57,123 nt of DNA. Source: Candidatus Zipacnadia bacterium. Its GTDB lineage: Bacteria; Armatimonadota; Zipacnadia; Zipacnadales; Zipacnadaceae. Under the pieces are notes generated by a model. It saw nothing but the letters and a program-made list of their open reading frames with translations, was not told the DNA's origin and did no database searches. Where the stretch lies: positions 1-57,123 of the forward strand of contig JALGVG010000004.1 in NCBI GenBank assembly GCA_029819875.1, in the 5' to 3' direction. The position numbers and the translations under genes are program-made. Every line of letters starts with the position of its first letter. Within the stretch, counting starts at the first letter, position 1. This document shows positions 36,069 to 45,696 of the stretch, in pieces.

Positions 36069-38552
36069 CTAGGGACTGACTTCCGCCGGAACGCTCTCCT
36101 GGGCCGCCTTGACTTCAATCCGTCCGTCTCCGGCGTCTATGAGGATAGTGCTGCCTTCCTGGAACTCGCCGCGCAAAATGGCGTTCGCCACGGGATTTTC
36201 CACCTGCTTCTGAATAACGCGCCGCAACGGCCGGGCACCGAGCTTGGGGTCATAGCCCTCCTCTGCCAGCAGTTGCTTGGCAGCGGTGGTAATCTCCAGC
36301 TTTATGCCGCGTTCGGCCAGGTTATCCTGGACGCGTTCTATCATCAAGTCCACAATCTCCAACATTTCCGCCTCGCTCAGCGGGTGGAAGACGATGATTT
36401 CATCAATGCGGTTAAGGAACTCGGGCCTGAACGTGCGCTTGAGTGCCTCGGTGACCCGGGCCTTTATCCGCTCGTAGTTGAGCTGTCGTCGCCTCTCGTC
36501 ATCATCATCGCTGGTTCCCGCCTTGAAGCCGATATGATCGCTGTCCATGATCTCGCGGGCCCCTATGTTGGAGGTCATGATCACCACGGTGTTGCTGAAG
36601 TCCACCACGCGGCCGGCATTGTCGGTCAAGCGGCCGTCCTCCAGTACTTGCAGCAGGATATTGAACACGTCCGGATGGGCCTTCTCGATTTCGTCCAGCA
36701 AAATCACGCGGTACGGGCGGCGGCGCACCGCCTCGGTCAGTTGGCCTCCCTCTTCGTAGCCCACGTAGCCCGGCGGAGCACCGATGAGGCGGCTGACCGA
36801 GTGTTTCTCCATGTATTCAGACATGTCGATGCGCACCATGGCGTCCTCGTCGTCGAAGAGGAACTCGGCCAGGGCCCGTGCCAACTCGGTCTTGCCGACC
36901 CCGGTCGGCCCCAGGAAAATGAAGCTTCCGATGGGCCGGCGCGGGTCGCTGAGGCCCGCCCGGGCACGCCGAATCGCCTCGCTGACCGCCCTGACGGCCT
37001 CGTCCTGGCCCTTGACGCGCTTGTGCAGGCGCCGCTCCATGTCCAGCAGTTTATGGGTTTCCTCTTCCAGCATGTCCAGCACCGGAATCCCGGTCCACTG
37101 CGACACCACGGCCGCAATATCTTCAGCATCAACGGTGTCATCTATGTCTTTTCCGTCAAGCTCCGCCCATTTCTGCTCGGCGACGGGCAGCTTGGCCATC
37201 AGCTCGTCAACCTTGGCCTTGATCTTTTCCGCCTCCTCGTAGTTGCCGCGCTCTGCAGCCTCAGTACCCTTTTCGTTAAGTTCCGCAATCTCTTTGCGCA
37301 ACGCCTCCGGCTTGGGCGGCAGGTCATAGGTATCAATCCGCAGCTTGCTGGCCGCCTCGTCCACCAGGTCGATCGCCTTGTCGGGCAGGTGCCGGTCGGA
37401 GATGTAACGGGCAGACAGCTTCGCCGCCGCCTCCAGGGCCTCGTCGGATATCTTCACACCGTGGTGTTCCTCGTAGCGCGGCCGCAGTCCGCGGAGAATC
37501 TCGATGGTGTCCTCTACACTGGGCTCCTCCACGAACACGGGCTGCAGGCGGCGCTCCAGCGCGGGATCCTTTTCGATGTTCTCGCGGTATTCATCCAGCG
37601 TGGTCGCCCCAATGCACCTCAGCTCGCCGCGTGCCAAGGCCGGTTTCATGATATTGGAGGCATCCATCGCCCCCTCCGCGGCCCCGGCACCGACCAGCGT
37701 GTGCATCTCGTCCAGGAAGACGATGATGTTGCCCTCGGCGGCCTTGATTTCATCCAGCACGCCCTTGAGGCGCTCCTCGAATTCACCGCGATATTTGCTG
37801 CCCGCTATCATCGCCGCCATGTCAAGCTGTACCAACTTCTTGTTGGCCAGCAGCTCGGGGACCTCGCCGTCTGCAATCTTCTGGGCCAATCCCTCCACGA
37901 TGGCGGTCTTACCGACCCCCGCCTCCCCGATGAGCACGGGGTTGTTCTTTGTGCGCCGGCACAGCACTTGGATGACACGGCGTATCTCCTGGTCACGCCC
38001 GATGACGGGATCCAGCTTGCCTTGGCGTGCCAATTCGGTAAGATCGCGCGAAAATCGCTTCAAGGCCTCGTACTTGCTTTCCGCCTCCTCGCTGGTGACC
38101 GAATGACTGCCGCGGATATCCCTCAGCGCCTGTAGTACCTTCTCGGTATCTACCCCGTTTTGTTCCAGAATCTGCGCCGCCTCAGTGCTGCCGTCCTCGA
38201 GTATGCTCAACAGCAGGTGCTCGCTGGCGACGAATTCGTCTCCAAACTTCTTGGCTTCTTCCAGCGCGCCCTGCAGGATACGGTTAGCCTGCGGGGTTAT
38301 GAAAACCTGCACGGTGTTACCCGCGACCTCAACCTGCGGACGGCGCCCCAGGCTGCGCTCAACTTGGGCTGTAATGGCCTGCATATCTGCATTGATGGCC
38401 TCCAGGATACGCGGCACCACGCCTTCGGGCTGCTCCAGCAACGCCAGCAATATATGCTCCGTGTCCAGTTGGTTGTGCTTGTAGCGCTGCAGGATCTGCT
38501 GGCTGTGCGCCATTACTTGTCTCGCTTTATTTGTAAACCGCTCAAAGTCCAT
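36069..38552 (-). CDS. clpC: AAA+ chaperone ClpC-type (Clp ATPase with two NBDs and short UVR-like linker)
   Basis: Clp_N repeats and two Walker A sites ([16 protein letters not shown]). The ~60-aa linker with [15 protein letters not shown] is too short for a ClpB M-domain. Confidence 0.85.
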   Translation of the reverse strand: MDFERFTNKARQVMAHSQQILQRYKHNQLDTEHILLALLEQPEGVVPRILEAINADMQAITAQVERSLGRRPQVEVAGNTVQVFITPQANRILQGALEEAKKFGDEFVASEHLLLSILEDGSTEAAQILEQNGVDTEKVLQALRDIRGSHSVTSEEAESKYEALKRFSRDLTELARQGKLDPVIGRDQEIRRVIQVLCRRTKNNPVLIGEAGVGKTAIVEGLAQKIADGEVPELLANKKLVQLDMAAMIAGSKYRGEFEERLKGVLDEIKAAEGNIIVFLDEMHTLVGAGAAEGAMDASNIMKPALARGELRCIGATTLDEYRENIEKDPALERRLQPVFVEEPSVEDTIEILRGLRPRYEEHHGVKISDEALEAAAKLSARYISDRHLPDKAIDLVDEAASKLRIDTYDLPPKPEALRKEIAELNEKGTEAAERGNYEEAEKIKAKVDELMAKLPVAEQKWAELDGKDIDDTVDAEDIAAVVSQWTGIPVLDMLEEETHKLLDMERRLHKRVKGQDEAVRAVSEAIRRARAGLSDPRRPIGSFIFLGPTGVGKTELARALAEFLFDDEDAMVRIDMSEYMEKHSVSRLIGAPPGYVGYEEGGQLTEAVRRRPYRVILLDEIEKAHPDVFNILLQVLEDGRLTDNAGRVVDFSNTVVIMTSNIGAREIMDSDHIGFKAGTSDDDDERRRQLNYERIKARVTEALKRTFRPEFLNRIDEIIVFHPLSEAEMLEIVDLMIERVQDNLAERGIKLEITTAAKQLLAEEGYDPKLGARPLRRVIQKQVENPVANAILRGEFQEGSTILIDAGDGRIEVKAAQESVPAEVSP

Positions 38553-38607
38553 TCTCTCTCACCCCTCCTGTCGCAAGGGAAATAACAGTTTTGCCCCCCT
38601 CTGCACC

Positions 38608-39042
38608 TTATTCAGTCTCCGGCCTCATCTCCACACGCACGTGCCGGACGACAGTGCGGGATACCTCCGGAGCAGGCAGTTGTTTAGGCCCGTGCTCAAG
38701 CTCATGCCTGAGGCGCTCGACCTCTGCTTGCATCCGGTCTATCTTTTCCAGAAGGCTGAGTATCACCTCGACGCCGGCCAAGTTGACGCCCAGTTCCTGC
38801 GTCAGGCATTGGATGCGCCGCAGGCGTTCGATATCGGCGTCCGAGTACAGCCGCACGTTGTTTGCCGTGCGCCGCGGCTGGACCAGCCCCATGCGTTCAT
38901 ACATTCGCAGAGTCTGCGGATGCATGTTCACCAGGCGAGCCGCTACGCTTATGTAGTAAACAGGCTCTTGGCTGGCAGTACTGCCGTCGCCTGCGCCGGC
39001 TCTGGTGCTATCGAGTTTTTCATCGCTCCTTCGATTGCGCAT
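38608..39042 (-). CDS. hspR: MerR-family heat-shock repressor HspR
   Basis: YYISVAARLVNMHPQTLRMYERMGLVQPRRT...YSDADIERLRRIQCLTQELGVNLAGV; AAGGTG RBS. Confidence 0.85.
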   Translation of the reverse strand: MRNRRSDEKLDSTRAGAGDGSTASQEPVYYISVAARLVNMHPQTLRMYERMGLVQPRRTANNVRLYSDADIERLRRIQCLTQELGVNLAGVEVILSLLEKIDRMQAEVERLRHELEHGPKQLPAPEVSRTVVRHVRVEMRPETE

Positions 39043-39073
39043 CTGTCACACCACCACACCTTGCTGATTGTAG

Positions 39074-39202
39074 CTATCTTTTCGACTTGTCGCGTTTGCC
39101 GAGTACGTAACCAACAACTATGCTCACAGCCGCCACCACAACTACCACCGCCGCCAGTGTCAGTATTTCGAATACGCCCAGGCCCAGGAAAATGCCCATC
39201 AT
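39074..39202 (-). CDS. candidate 42-aa single-TM small protein between dnaJ and hspR
   Basis: Manual translation: MMGIFLGLGVFEILTLAAVVVVVAAVSIVVGYVLGKRDKSKR*. The ATG directly abuts the dnaJ TAG, with AAGGGTG upstream. It is below the ORF-track cutoff. Confidence 0.35.
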   Translation of the reverse strand: MMGIFLGLGVFEILTLAAVVVVVAAVSIVVGYVLGKRDKSKR

Positions 39203-40327
39203 CTACACACCCTTGGGCAACTCCGCCCGGGGGTCCTCGTCGAATGCTTCTTTCAACTGCTCGACCAGCTCCCGCTGTCGCCGCGTCACCTTCCGGGGAG
39301 TGGCGATGTAAACCTCCACATACTGGTCGCCTTTGCCCTTGTCCCCGAGCTTGGGTGCTCCCTGCCCCCTGAGGCGGAACACTTGGCCGTTCCGCGTGCC
39401 GGGCGGGATGGTGAAACTCCCCGTCCCCCACACGGTGGGCACCGAGATCTTGCCGCCCAAGACTGCCTCTGCAAAGCTGATTGGTACCTTCACGTAGATG
39501 TCGTCTCCTTCGCGCTTGAAGAAGGGATGCGGCTCAACGCGGATCTGCAATATCAGGTCGCCGTTGGGCCCGCCCTTGTAGCCGCGGCCTCCCTCACCGG
39601 CCAGGCGGATCTTGGAGCCGGTCTTCACTCCTGCCGGGATCTTTACGGTGATGTTGCGGGTGCGCGTGGTTTCTCCACTGCCCCGGCACTTGGGACACCG
39701 CTCCTCGATCACCTCACCGGTGCCCTGGCATCGCGGGCAGCTCGTGGGCAGGCCGAAGAAGCTGCTCGAACTGCTTTGCCCTGTTCCCCCGCACGCCGGG
39801 CAGGTTCTGGCGGTCCCACCCAGGCCGTCGCACTGCGGACAGCGGTCGGTCATGGTGACAGTGATCTTCCTCGTAGCCCCCTTGATGGCATCGGCGAAGC
39901 TGACAGGCAATTCGTAGACAACATCCTGGCCGCGCTGGGGGCCACGTGGGGCACTTCCTACCCGGGTACGCATGCGCCCGCCGATTCCGCCTAGGTCCCC
40001 GAAAATCTCGCCGAATATGTCCCTGAAGTCACCCACACCGTACGTGTGGAAGACGAAGTCCCTGAAGTCGCCCCCACTCCATTGCCCGGTTTGCTGGGCC
40101 TGCTGGTAGGCGCGCCCGAACATGTCGTACTTGCGCCGCTTCTCGGGGTCCGAAAGCGTCTCGTAGGCCTGGCTGATGCGCTTGTACATCTCCTCGGCGT
40201 GAGGATCGTTCGGATTGACGTCCGGATGATACTTGCGCGCCAGCCTCCGATACGCTTTCTTTATTTCGGCAGGCGAAGCGTTTCTATCCACACCTAGTAT
40301 TTCATAAAAGTCCTGTTCCTCTGGCAT
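39203..40327 (-). CDS. dnaJ: co-chaperone DnaJ
   Basis: DFYEILGV...[15 protein letters not shown]-domain and four CxxCxGxG zinc-finger repeats. Confidence 0.95.
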   Translation of the reverse strand: MPEEQDFYEILGVDRNASPAEIKKAYRRLARKYHPDVNPNDPHAEEMYKRISQAYETLSDPEKRRKYDMFGRAYQQAQQTGQWSGGDFRDFVFHTYGVGDFRDIFGEIFGDLGGIGGRMRTRVGSAPRGPQRGQDVVYELPVSFADAIKGATRKITVTMTDRCPQCDGLGGTARTCPACGGTGQSSSSSFFGLPTSCPRCQGTGEVIEERCPKCRGSGETTRTRNITVKIPAGVKTGSKIRLAGEGGRGYKGGPNGDLILQIRVEPHPFFKREGDDIYVKVPISFAEAVLGGKISVPTVWGTGSFTIPPGTRNGQVFRLRGQGAPKLGDKGKGDQYVEVYIATPRKVTRRQRELVEQLKEAFDEDPRAELPKGV

Positions 40328-40453
40328 GGCTTGTCGCCCCAAGCTCTTTTAGGGGCAGGCTACTGCAGCCAATACCTTGATTATCAGCACCACCCGCGTA
40401 ACCTGCCCCGGCCGTCATCTTCGACAATGGCCTAGACCGCTGGGTCTTAAGGC

Positions 40454-42337
40454 CTAGTTGTCATCGCTGGCTTCAAACTCCGCGTCTATCACGTCATCAC
40501 CGCCGCCACCGCCGCCGGTGCCTCCCACGCTTTGGCCGGTCGTGCCTTCGGCCTGTTGCTGTTGTTGGGTCTCCCTGGCGGCTTGCTCATACATCTGCTG
40601 CGAGATACTGCTGAATGCTTGCTGCACCTCGTCCATCCTTGCGCGGATGGCGGCGGCATCGTCGCCCTTGGTTGCTTGGCGCAAGGCCTCGATCTTGGCT
40701 TCGATGTTTTTCCTGTCCGCCTCGGGAACCTTGTCGCCAAGGTCCTTCAGCGTCTTCTCAAGCTGGTAGGCGAGGGCATCGCCCTGGTTGCGTGCCTCGG
40801 CCAGTTCCCTGAACTTGCGGTCTTCCTCGGCGTGAGCCTCGGCCTCTTTTATCATCCGCTGGACCTCTTCTTCCGACAGTTGGCCGGAGCCTGTGATGGT
40901 TATATCCTGTTGCTTTCCGGTGGCCTTGTCCTTGGCCGAGACATGGAGGATACCGTTGGCGTCAATATCGAATGACACCTCTATCTGCGGCACCCCCCGC
41001 GGAGCCGGCGGAATACCGGTCAAGTGGAACCGGCCCAGCGAGGTGTTCTGGCTGGCACGCGGCCGCTCCCCTTGCAGGACATTGATCTCCACCGTCGTTT
41101 GCATGTCCGTGGCGGTGGAGTAGATGCGGGTCTCCCGCGTCGGGATATTGGTGTTGCGCGGGATTACCACGTCCATGACGTCGCCTAAGGTTTCGACACC
41201 CAGGCTCAGCGGCGTCACGTCCATCAGCACGATATCATCAGCGCCGCCACTGAGTACCGCCGCCTGGATCGCCGCTCCCATCGCCACCACTTCATCGGGG
41301 TTGAGGTCGCGGCGCGGCTCCTTGCCGATAAGCTCCTTCAAAAGCCTCTGCACCATCGGAATGCGCGTGGAACCGCCCACCAGGATGACCTCGTCAATGT
41401 CATCCTTGCTGAGCCCGGCGTCTGACAGCGCCTGCTTGACAGACACCTCCGTGCGGCGGACCAGATCCTCGATCAACTCCTCCAGCTTGGCACGCGTAAT
41501 TACCATTTCCAGGTGCAGAGGCCCGATGCCCTCGGCATGACTGATGAACGGCAGGCTGATGGAAGTCTGCTCGCTGGTGGAAAGCTCGCACTTCGCCTTC
41601 TCAGCCGCCTCGCGTAGCCGCTGGAGAGCCTGGCGGTCCTTGCGCAAGTCGATGCCGTGTTCCTTCTGGAACTCCTCGGCGATGTAGTCCACCAGTCGCT
41701 GGTCGAAATCATCGCCGCCCAAGTGGGTATCACCGGAGGTGGCCAATACCTGGTAGGCATCGCGCTCATCCTTGTTGCCGGTTATCTCCACGTCCAGGAT
41801 TGACACGTCGAACGTGCCGCCTCCGAGGTCGTAAACCAGTATGGTGGCCTCCTTGGCGCCGCGACCATGCCCGTAAGCCAGTGCCGCGGCGGTCGGCTCG
41901 TTGATGATGCGCAGCACCTCCAGGCCCGCAATCTCTCCCGCTTGCTTGGTTGCCGTGCGCTGGGCATCGTTGAAGTAGGCAGGCACCGTGATGACCGCCT
42001 GCTTCACCTCCTCGCCCAGGTACGCCTCGGCATCCGACTTCAGCTTCTGCAAGATCATCGCCGAAATCTGTTCGGGTGTGTAATCCTTGCCGTCAATGGT
42101 CACCGTTTCGCGGGTACCCATCTTCCGCTTGATGGAGCTGATGGTGCGTTCAGGATTGAGCACCGCCTGTCGCTTGGCCTGGCGCCCCACCAGCCGTTCC
42201 CCGGTCTTGGAAAATGCCACTACTGACGGCGTCACCCGCTCGCCGTCCCGGTTGACTATGACCGTCGGCTGGTCGCCTTCCATGATAGCCACGCATGAGT
42301 TAGTGGTTCCCAGGTCAATTCCTACTGCCTTTGCCAC
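40454..42337 (-). CDS. dnaK: chaperone DnaK (Hsp70)
   Basis: GTG start; [25 protein letters not shown]-terminal Gly-rich tail. Confidence 0.98.
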   Translation of the reverse strand: MAKAVGIDLGTTNSCVAIMEGDQPTVIVNRDGERVTPSVVAFSKTGERLVGRQAKRQAVLNPERTISSIKRKMGTRETVTIDGKDYTPEQISAMILQKLKSDAEAYLGEEVKQAVITVPAYFNDAQRTATKQAGEIAGLEVLRIINEPTAAALAYGHGRGAKEATILVYDLGGGTFDVSILDVEITGNKDERDAYQVLATSGDTHLGGDDFDQRLVDYIAEEFQKEHGIDLRKDRQALQRLREAAEKAKCELSTSEQTSISLPFISHAEGIGPLHLEMVITRAKLEELIEDLVRRTEVSVKQALSDAGLSKDDIDEVILVGGSTRIPMVQRLLKELIGKEPRRDLNPDEVVAMGAAIQAAVLSGGADDIVLMDVTPLSLGVETLGDVMDVVIPRNTNIPTRETRIYSTATDMQTTVEINVLQGERPRASQNTSLGRFHLTGIPPAPRGVPQIEVSFDIDANGILHVSAKDKATGKQQDITITGSGQLSEEEVQRMIKEAEAHAEEDRKFRELAEARNQGDALAYQLEKTLKDLGDKVPEADRKNIEAKIEALRQATKGDDAAAIRARMDEVQQAFSSISQQMYEQAARETQQQQQAEGTTGQSVGGTGGGGGGDDVIDAEFEASDDN

Positions 42338-42440
42338 TATCAGTCACCGCCTTCAAGTTATGAGATAGCTGCCTGAGCAGCTCGTTTGATACCATTTGAG
42401 CTCTACGAACGCTCGTACCGAACCCATTGACTGCACTGCT

Positions 42441-42481
42441 ATAATAATCCTTTAGTCTATTGTTGTCAAGGTCTTTGACAA
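42441..42481 (-). promoter_or_regulatory. dnaK promoter (TTGACA-17-TATTAT) with a perfect 7-5-7 palindrome over the -35
   Basis: Minus strand: -35 TTGACA (42464-42469), 17-nt spacer, -10 TATTAT (42441-42446). Palindrome TTGTCAA-N5-TTGACAA lies at 42463-42481. Confidence 0.55.
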
Positions 42482-42971
42482 AAAAATTTGAATATTTTTG
42501 CCAAGTGTTTTTGCAAACAGCCATGTCTCGCTGCCCAGCTTAAAGTCATGATGGCGCCGGCAGCCGCTCTTTCAACCTTACACATGGGGCCCGGCAATAA
42601 GTAAATCGGCAGGGAGGGTGCAAATCTAAGGGCAGAGGCAAACTTTCGGCAGTGTACAATTACGAGGTATCAGAAGCGAGGTCATAGGCCACAAATCATG
42701 GAGTCGGCCAGGTGCACCAAAACAGCGCTGGCGATCACACGCACTGCCGCAACAGTGTCGCTGGCCGGCTTGCGCACACGCTTTTCGCACTTGCGCGAAC
42801 CCGCTGAGTAGCATCCGTCCCGCGGGCCGGCGCACGCCTCATTGGCGCGGGCTCGTGGATACAGACCCGCCCTTTGACTCAAGACCAGGGGTTATTCGAC
42901 AGCAATCCGGCCCTGCGCAGTCCGGGTGAAGTTCCCGTCTGCGGTCCCGAGCTCCTGCGATATCGATAGCT

Positions 42972-42998
42972 CTCTGGGGGCTATCACGGCCCCCAGAG
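42972..42998 (-). terminator. 10-bp GC-rich hairpin ~100 nt downstream of csp (terminator-like, no U-tract)
   Basis: CTCTGGGGGC / GCCCCCAGAG stem with a 7-nt loop. Confidence 0.35.
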
Positions 42999-43095
42999 AA
43001 CCTTCTCAGCTTGGCACACCTAGCACTACTAAAGCTTCCAACAGACGATAAAGCATTGTTGGGAACTCGGGTAAGGGGCTAGACGAACCGAGGGG

Positions 43096-43335
43096 CTACC
43101 AAGCCTTGTCCCCTCGTGCAGGGGCGTCTGCAGCGTGGGTTACTACCACATTTATTGCACGTGGACCCTTCGCATCCTCCTGGATATCAAACTCCACCTT
43201 GGAGCCTTCGGTCAGACTGCGATATCCTTCTCCCACAATCGCGCTGTAGTGAACGAATACGTCCTCGCCATCATCCCGCTCGATAAATCCGTACCCCTTC
43301 TGATCATTGAACCATTTGACAGTGCCTGTAGCCAT
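43096..43335 (-). CDS. cold-shock protein (CspA family) with short C-terminal extension
   Basis: [15 protein letters not shown] and DVFVHYSAI (RNP1/RNP2 motifs). Confidence 0.95.
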   Translation of the reverse strand: MATGTVKWFNDQKGYGFIERDDGEDVFVHYSAIVGEGYRSLTEGSKVEFDIQEDAKGPRAINVVVTHAADAPARGDKAW

Positions 43336-43493
43336 ACGTCAACCTCCGTAGAAATATAGAGCCTGTCTTGCTGTCTTTTCCGTACGCCTACGACATTCGC
43401 CACCTCCATGTGGAGATTGTCCATATGGCAGGCACGGAACAGCAACAGCAATGACAAGCACAGCCAGGCCATCGGCCTTGTGCTTTAATGCCT

Positions 43494-43522
43494 ATTATAA
43501 CCTAATTACCGCCATAACGCAA
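43494..43522 (-). promoter_or_regulatory. sigma-70-like promoter of csp giving a ~150-nt leader
   Basis: Minus strand: TTGCGT, 17-nt spacer, TATAAT. Confidence 0.55.
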
Positions 43523-43620
43523 GACTTAAATAGTAAAAGGTGGCGTAACCTGCAGTTTACGCTTGCCCGCTGTCGCTCCTGCGGCCTGGGCGAACGCGCA
43601 TCTTGCTGCATGTCCACTGA

Positions 43621-44049
43621 TCAAGTTGTCGCCACACACGACGTCATTTCGCGCCGCAGCCGCTCAGCCAGCACAACTGCGGCATAGTCATCGATGGGCC
43701 GCGGCGGCACGCGCCACGAAGTGGGAACCAAGCACCACAGCCCGCGCGGAGGGTTGTCCTGCCAGTAGCGCTGCCTGGCCAGTTGTGAGGTCATGGTTTC
43801 GTCGACTTGGGCTACGGCAACACCGGGGCAGTGCTCCTTGATGACTCGCTCGGCGCTTCGGGAGCCGACGGAATTGCCCAACGCGACCACTTGCACCGCA
43901 TACTCGCTTACGAGCTCGGCCGCCTGGGGTCCCAACTGTTGCACCGCCACAACCCTGCGGGCCAGCACCCGGCCGTCTGCTCCCACTACGGCCAGGCCGC
44001 ACTTGGAGTGGCCCGGATCAACGCCCAGGATTACTTGGGCTTTCTCCAT
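43621..44049 (-). CDS. RNase H-fold nuclease, YqgF/RuvX-like (Holliday-junction-resolvase-like)
   Basis: ILGVDPGHSKCGLAVV N-terminal acidic motif, VVALGNSVGS, VAQVDETMTSQLAR (DE..T/S..A block). Confidence 0.6.
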   Translation of the reverse strand: MEKAQVILGVDPGHSKCGLAVVGADGRVLARRVVAVQQLGPQAAELVSEYAVQVVALGNSVGSRSAERVIKEHCPGVAVAQVDETMTSQLARQRYWQDNPPRGLWCLVPTSWRVPPRPIDDYAAVVLAERLRREMTSCVATT

Positions 44050-44055
44050 GCCTTT

Positions 44056-45615
44056 TCACCCTGTCGAGGCGGATTTTCCACCCCTGACGACTTGCAGGCG
44101 GACGGTGGCGCCGGCGTGCTTGGGCATCACCTTGTATACGTCAACCGCTGCCACGACCTCCACTGTGCACTGCTCGCCCATGCCGGTTGCCTTGTCCATG
44201 CATGCCAGTATATCTTCGGCCGGCACCGTGAAAAACTGGCCGCTGGCCGGGTCCGGCATTGCTCCCAGATCATGCAGAATGCGCCGGGTTTGCGCCAGCA
44301 GTCCCAACAACTGGCGAAGTATCTCACCCCGCGGCGACGCCCCATCAACTGCAATGGAGTGTATGACCTCGCCTTCTTTGAACAAGCGCGAATTGGGAGT
44401 GCCCCACAGTTCCACCTGCACCTGTGCCATTTCACCCTCAAAGACCCGCCTCAGCGACCGGATACTGACAATGAATCGCCGCGCCGAGCTGAGTCGGATG
44501 CGGCGCGCCACTTCGTACACAATGTCCTCCTCGGCCACCTCTTCACCCAGGCGCCCCGGCGGCACCGGAGCCAACACCTTCACGGCCCGCCCGTTGGCGC
44601 CGACAACCGCTCCCCGCGCCGCTGCCATGCCGCTTGCAATGTGCAGCAGCTCCCACAAGCTTGCCTCCATCTGGTCCTGTGTCTGGTCGGTGTCCACTAC
44701 GGCGCGGAATATTTCTTGGCCCGGCTCGTACATGACCGCCGCCTGGCTGGCATTTATCTGCCAGGCAAACAGTGCCCGCCGGAAGGCCCTCTCCGCCTCC
44801 TTGGCGTCTTCCATGGCTTGCTTGGCGGCGTCCACCTGCTTGCGGAACTCCTCGATGCTGTTGCTCAGATTGGCAATATCACGTTTCAGGTTTTCCTGCT
44901 CGCGCCGCAGGTTGTCATTGGTGGCAACCAACTGCACGTTCGCTTGGCGCAGCACTTCTTGCTCCTTGCGCAATTTCTTGTTGCCGGCCAGCAGTTGCGC
45001 ATTTTGCGCCTGCGCCTCGGACAAGCGCCGCTCCGCCCTGCTGAGATCCTTCAGCACGGCGTTGTAGCGGGTCAACAACTGCCCTTGCTCGGAGCGCAGC
45101 TTGGTCACGGCCTCCGACAGCCGCGCTTTTTCCGACAGCGCCACTTTCAGCTCCTGTTGCGCAGCATTGAGCCGTTTACGACTTGCCGCAAGCTGCCGGC
45201 GCACCCCGCTGAGCTTGGCGTTGATCTGGGCGACTTCCTCCTCCAGCCTCCGCCGTTGCTCGGCCAGCGTGGTCATCTGCGCCTTGGCCTCGGCCGCCAT
45301 CTGGCGTGCCTGCTCGACTTTCTGCCGCAACTGTTCATTCGCCGCCATCAGGGCATTGCGTTGGACGCGCAGCTCGCCGAGGCTGAACAGTGCCTCGCGG
45401 ACGCTGGCACTGCCCATCGCTGCTACTCCCCATGTCGCAATAACCAGCAATGCCCCCACAAAGACGCCCACCAGCCGCGCGGTTGTCCGCGGCCTCAAGC
45501 CCAGCAGCGACCGCCGGCTCTTGCCCAGACGATAGCCGATCACGTCACCGGCCCATGCTATCAGCCCGCCAAGGATAGGCAACAAGATTAGTGCAAACAA
45601 CGTGTAGAAAGTCAT
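44056..45615 (-). CDS. DUF3084-like membrane-anchored coiled-coil protein
   Basis: N-terminus ILGGLIAWAGDVIGYRLGKSRRSLLGLRPRTTARLVGV, followed by a ~230-aa heptad-rich Q/A/L/R/E region. Confidence 0.7.
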   Translation of the reverse strand: MTFYTLFALILLPILGGLIAWAGDVIGYRLGKSRRSLLGLRPRTTARLVGVFVGALLVIATWGVAAMGSASVREALFSLGELRVQRNALMAANEQLRQKVEQARQMAAEAKAQMTTLAEQRRRLEEEVAQINAKLSGVRRQLAASRKRLNAAQQELKVALSEKARLSEAVTKLRSEQGQLLTRYNAVLKDLSRAERRLSEAQAQNAQLLAGNKKLRKEQEVLRQANVQLVATNDNLRREQENLKRDIANLSNSIEEFRKQVDAAKQAMEDAKEAERAFRRALFAWQINASQAAVMYEPGQEIFRAVVDTDQTQDQMEASLWELLHIASGMAAARGAVVGANGRAVKVLAPVPPGRLGEEVAEEDIVYEVARRIRLSSARRFIVSIRSLRRVFEGEMAQVQVELWGTPNSRLFKEGEVIHSIAVDGASPRGEILRQLLGLLAQTRRILHDLGAMPDPASGQFFTVPAEDILACMDKATGMGEQCTVEVVAAVDVYKVMPKHAGATVRLQVVRGGKSASTG

Positions 45616-45696
45616 GACATATCTCCATCCCCATAACCGCTGACTGGTCGCTTTGTAAGCCTATCTCAACTTGTCCGGTTTCTCCCCGCGTGACTT

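Noticed and set aside
36051-38135. 694-aa plus-strand ORF
   Set aside because: It lies entirely antisense to clpC, which has unmistakable Clp motifs. The product is Leu/Arg/Gly/His-rich with no recognisable domain. This is a typical long antisense frame in GC-rich DNA.
36069-38552. Considered calling this Clp ATPase ClpB, as expected downstream of HspR operons
   Set aside because: The inter-NBD linker is only about 60 aa, with a UVR-like [15 protein letters not shown] motif rather than the ~120-aa ClpB M-domain coiled coil. I therefore called it ClpC-type.
42395-42415. Possible HspR HAIR operator in the dnaK leader (TTTGAGC-N7-ACGCTCG)
   Set aside because: It matches only about 5/7 and 4/7 of the CTTGAGT-N7-ACTCAAG half-sites and is not a true inverted repeat. 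That is too weak to call.
42315-42524. 69-aa minus-strand ORF upstream of dnaK
   Set aside because: It spans the dnaK promoter, palindrome and leader, and overlaps the dnaK start. The AT-rich regulatory DNA merely lacks stops.
42626-42882. Two overlapping 66-69-aa minus-strand ORFs
   Set aside because: The sequences are Arg/Cys/Ala-rich with no RBS or recognisable motif. I treated the region as non-coding (see the finding on the unexplained spacer).
43212-43472. 86-aa minus-strand ORF
   Set aside because: It overlaps the csp coding region out of frame and its leader. csp is unambiguous.
43793-45591. 424-aa and 594-aa plus-strand ORFs
   Set aside because: They are antisense to the DUF3084-like and YqgF-like genes. 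The composition is low-complexity Ala/Arg/Ser/Leu. The repetitive GC-rich coiled-coil codons on the sense strand keep the antisense frames open.
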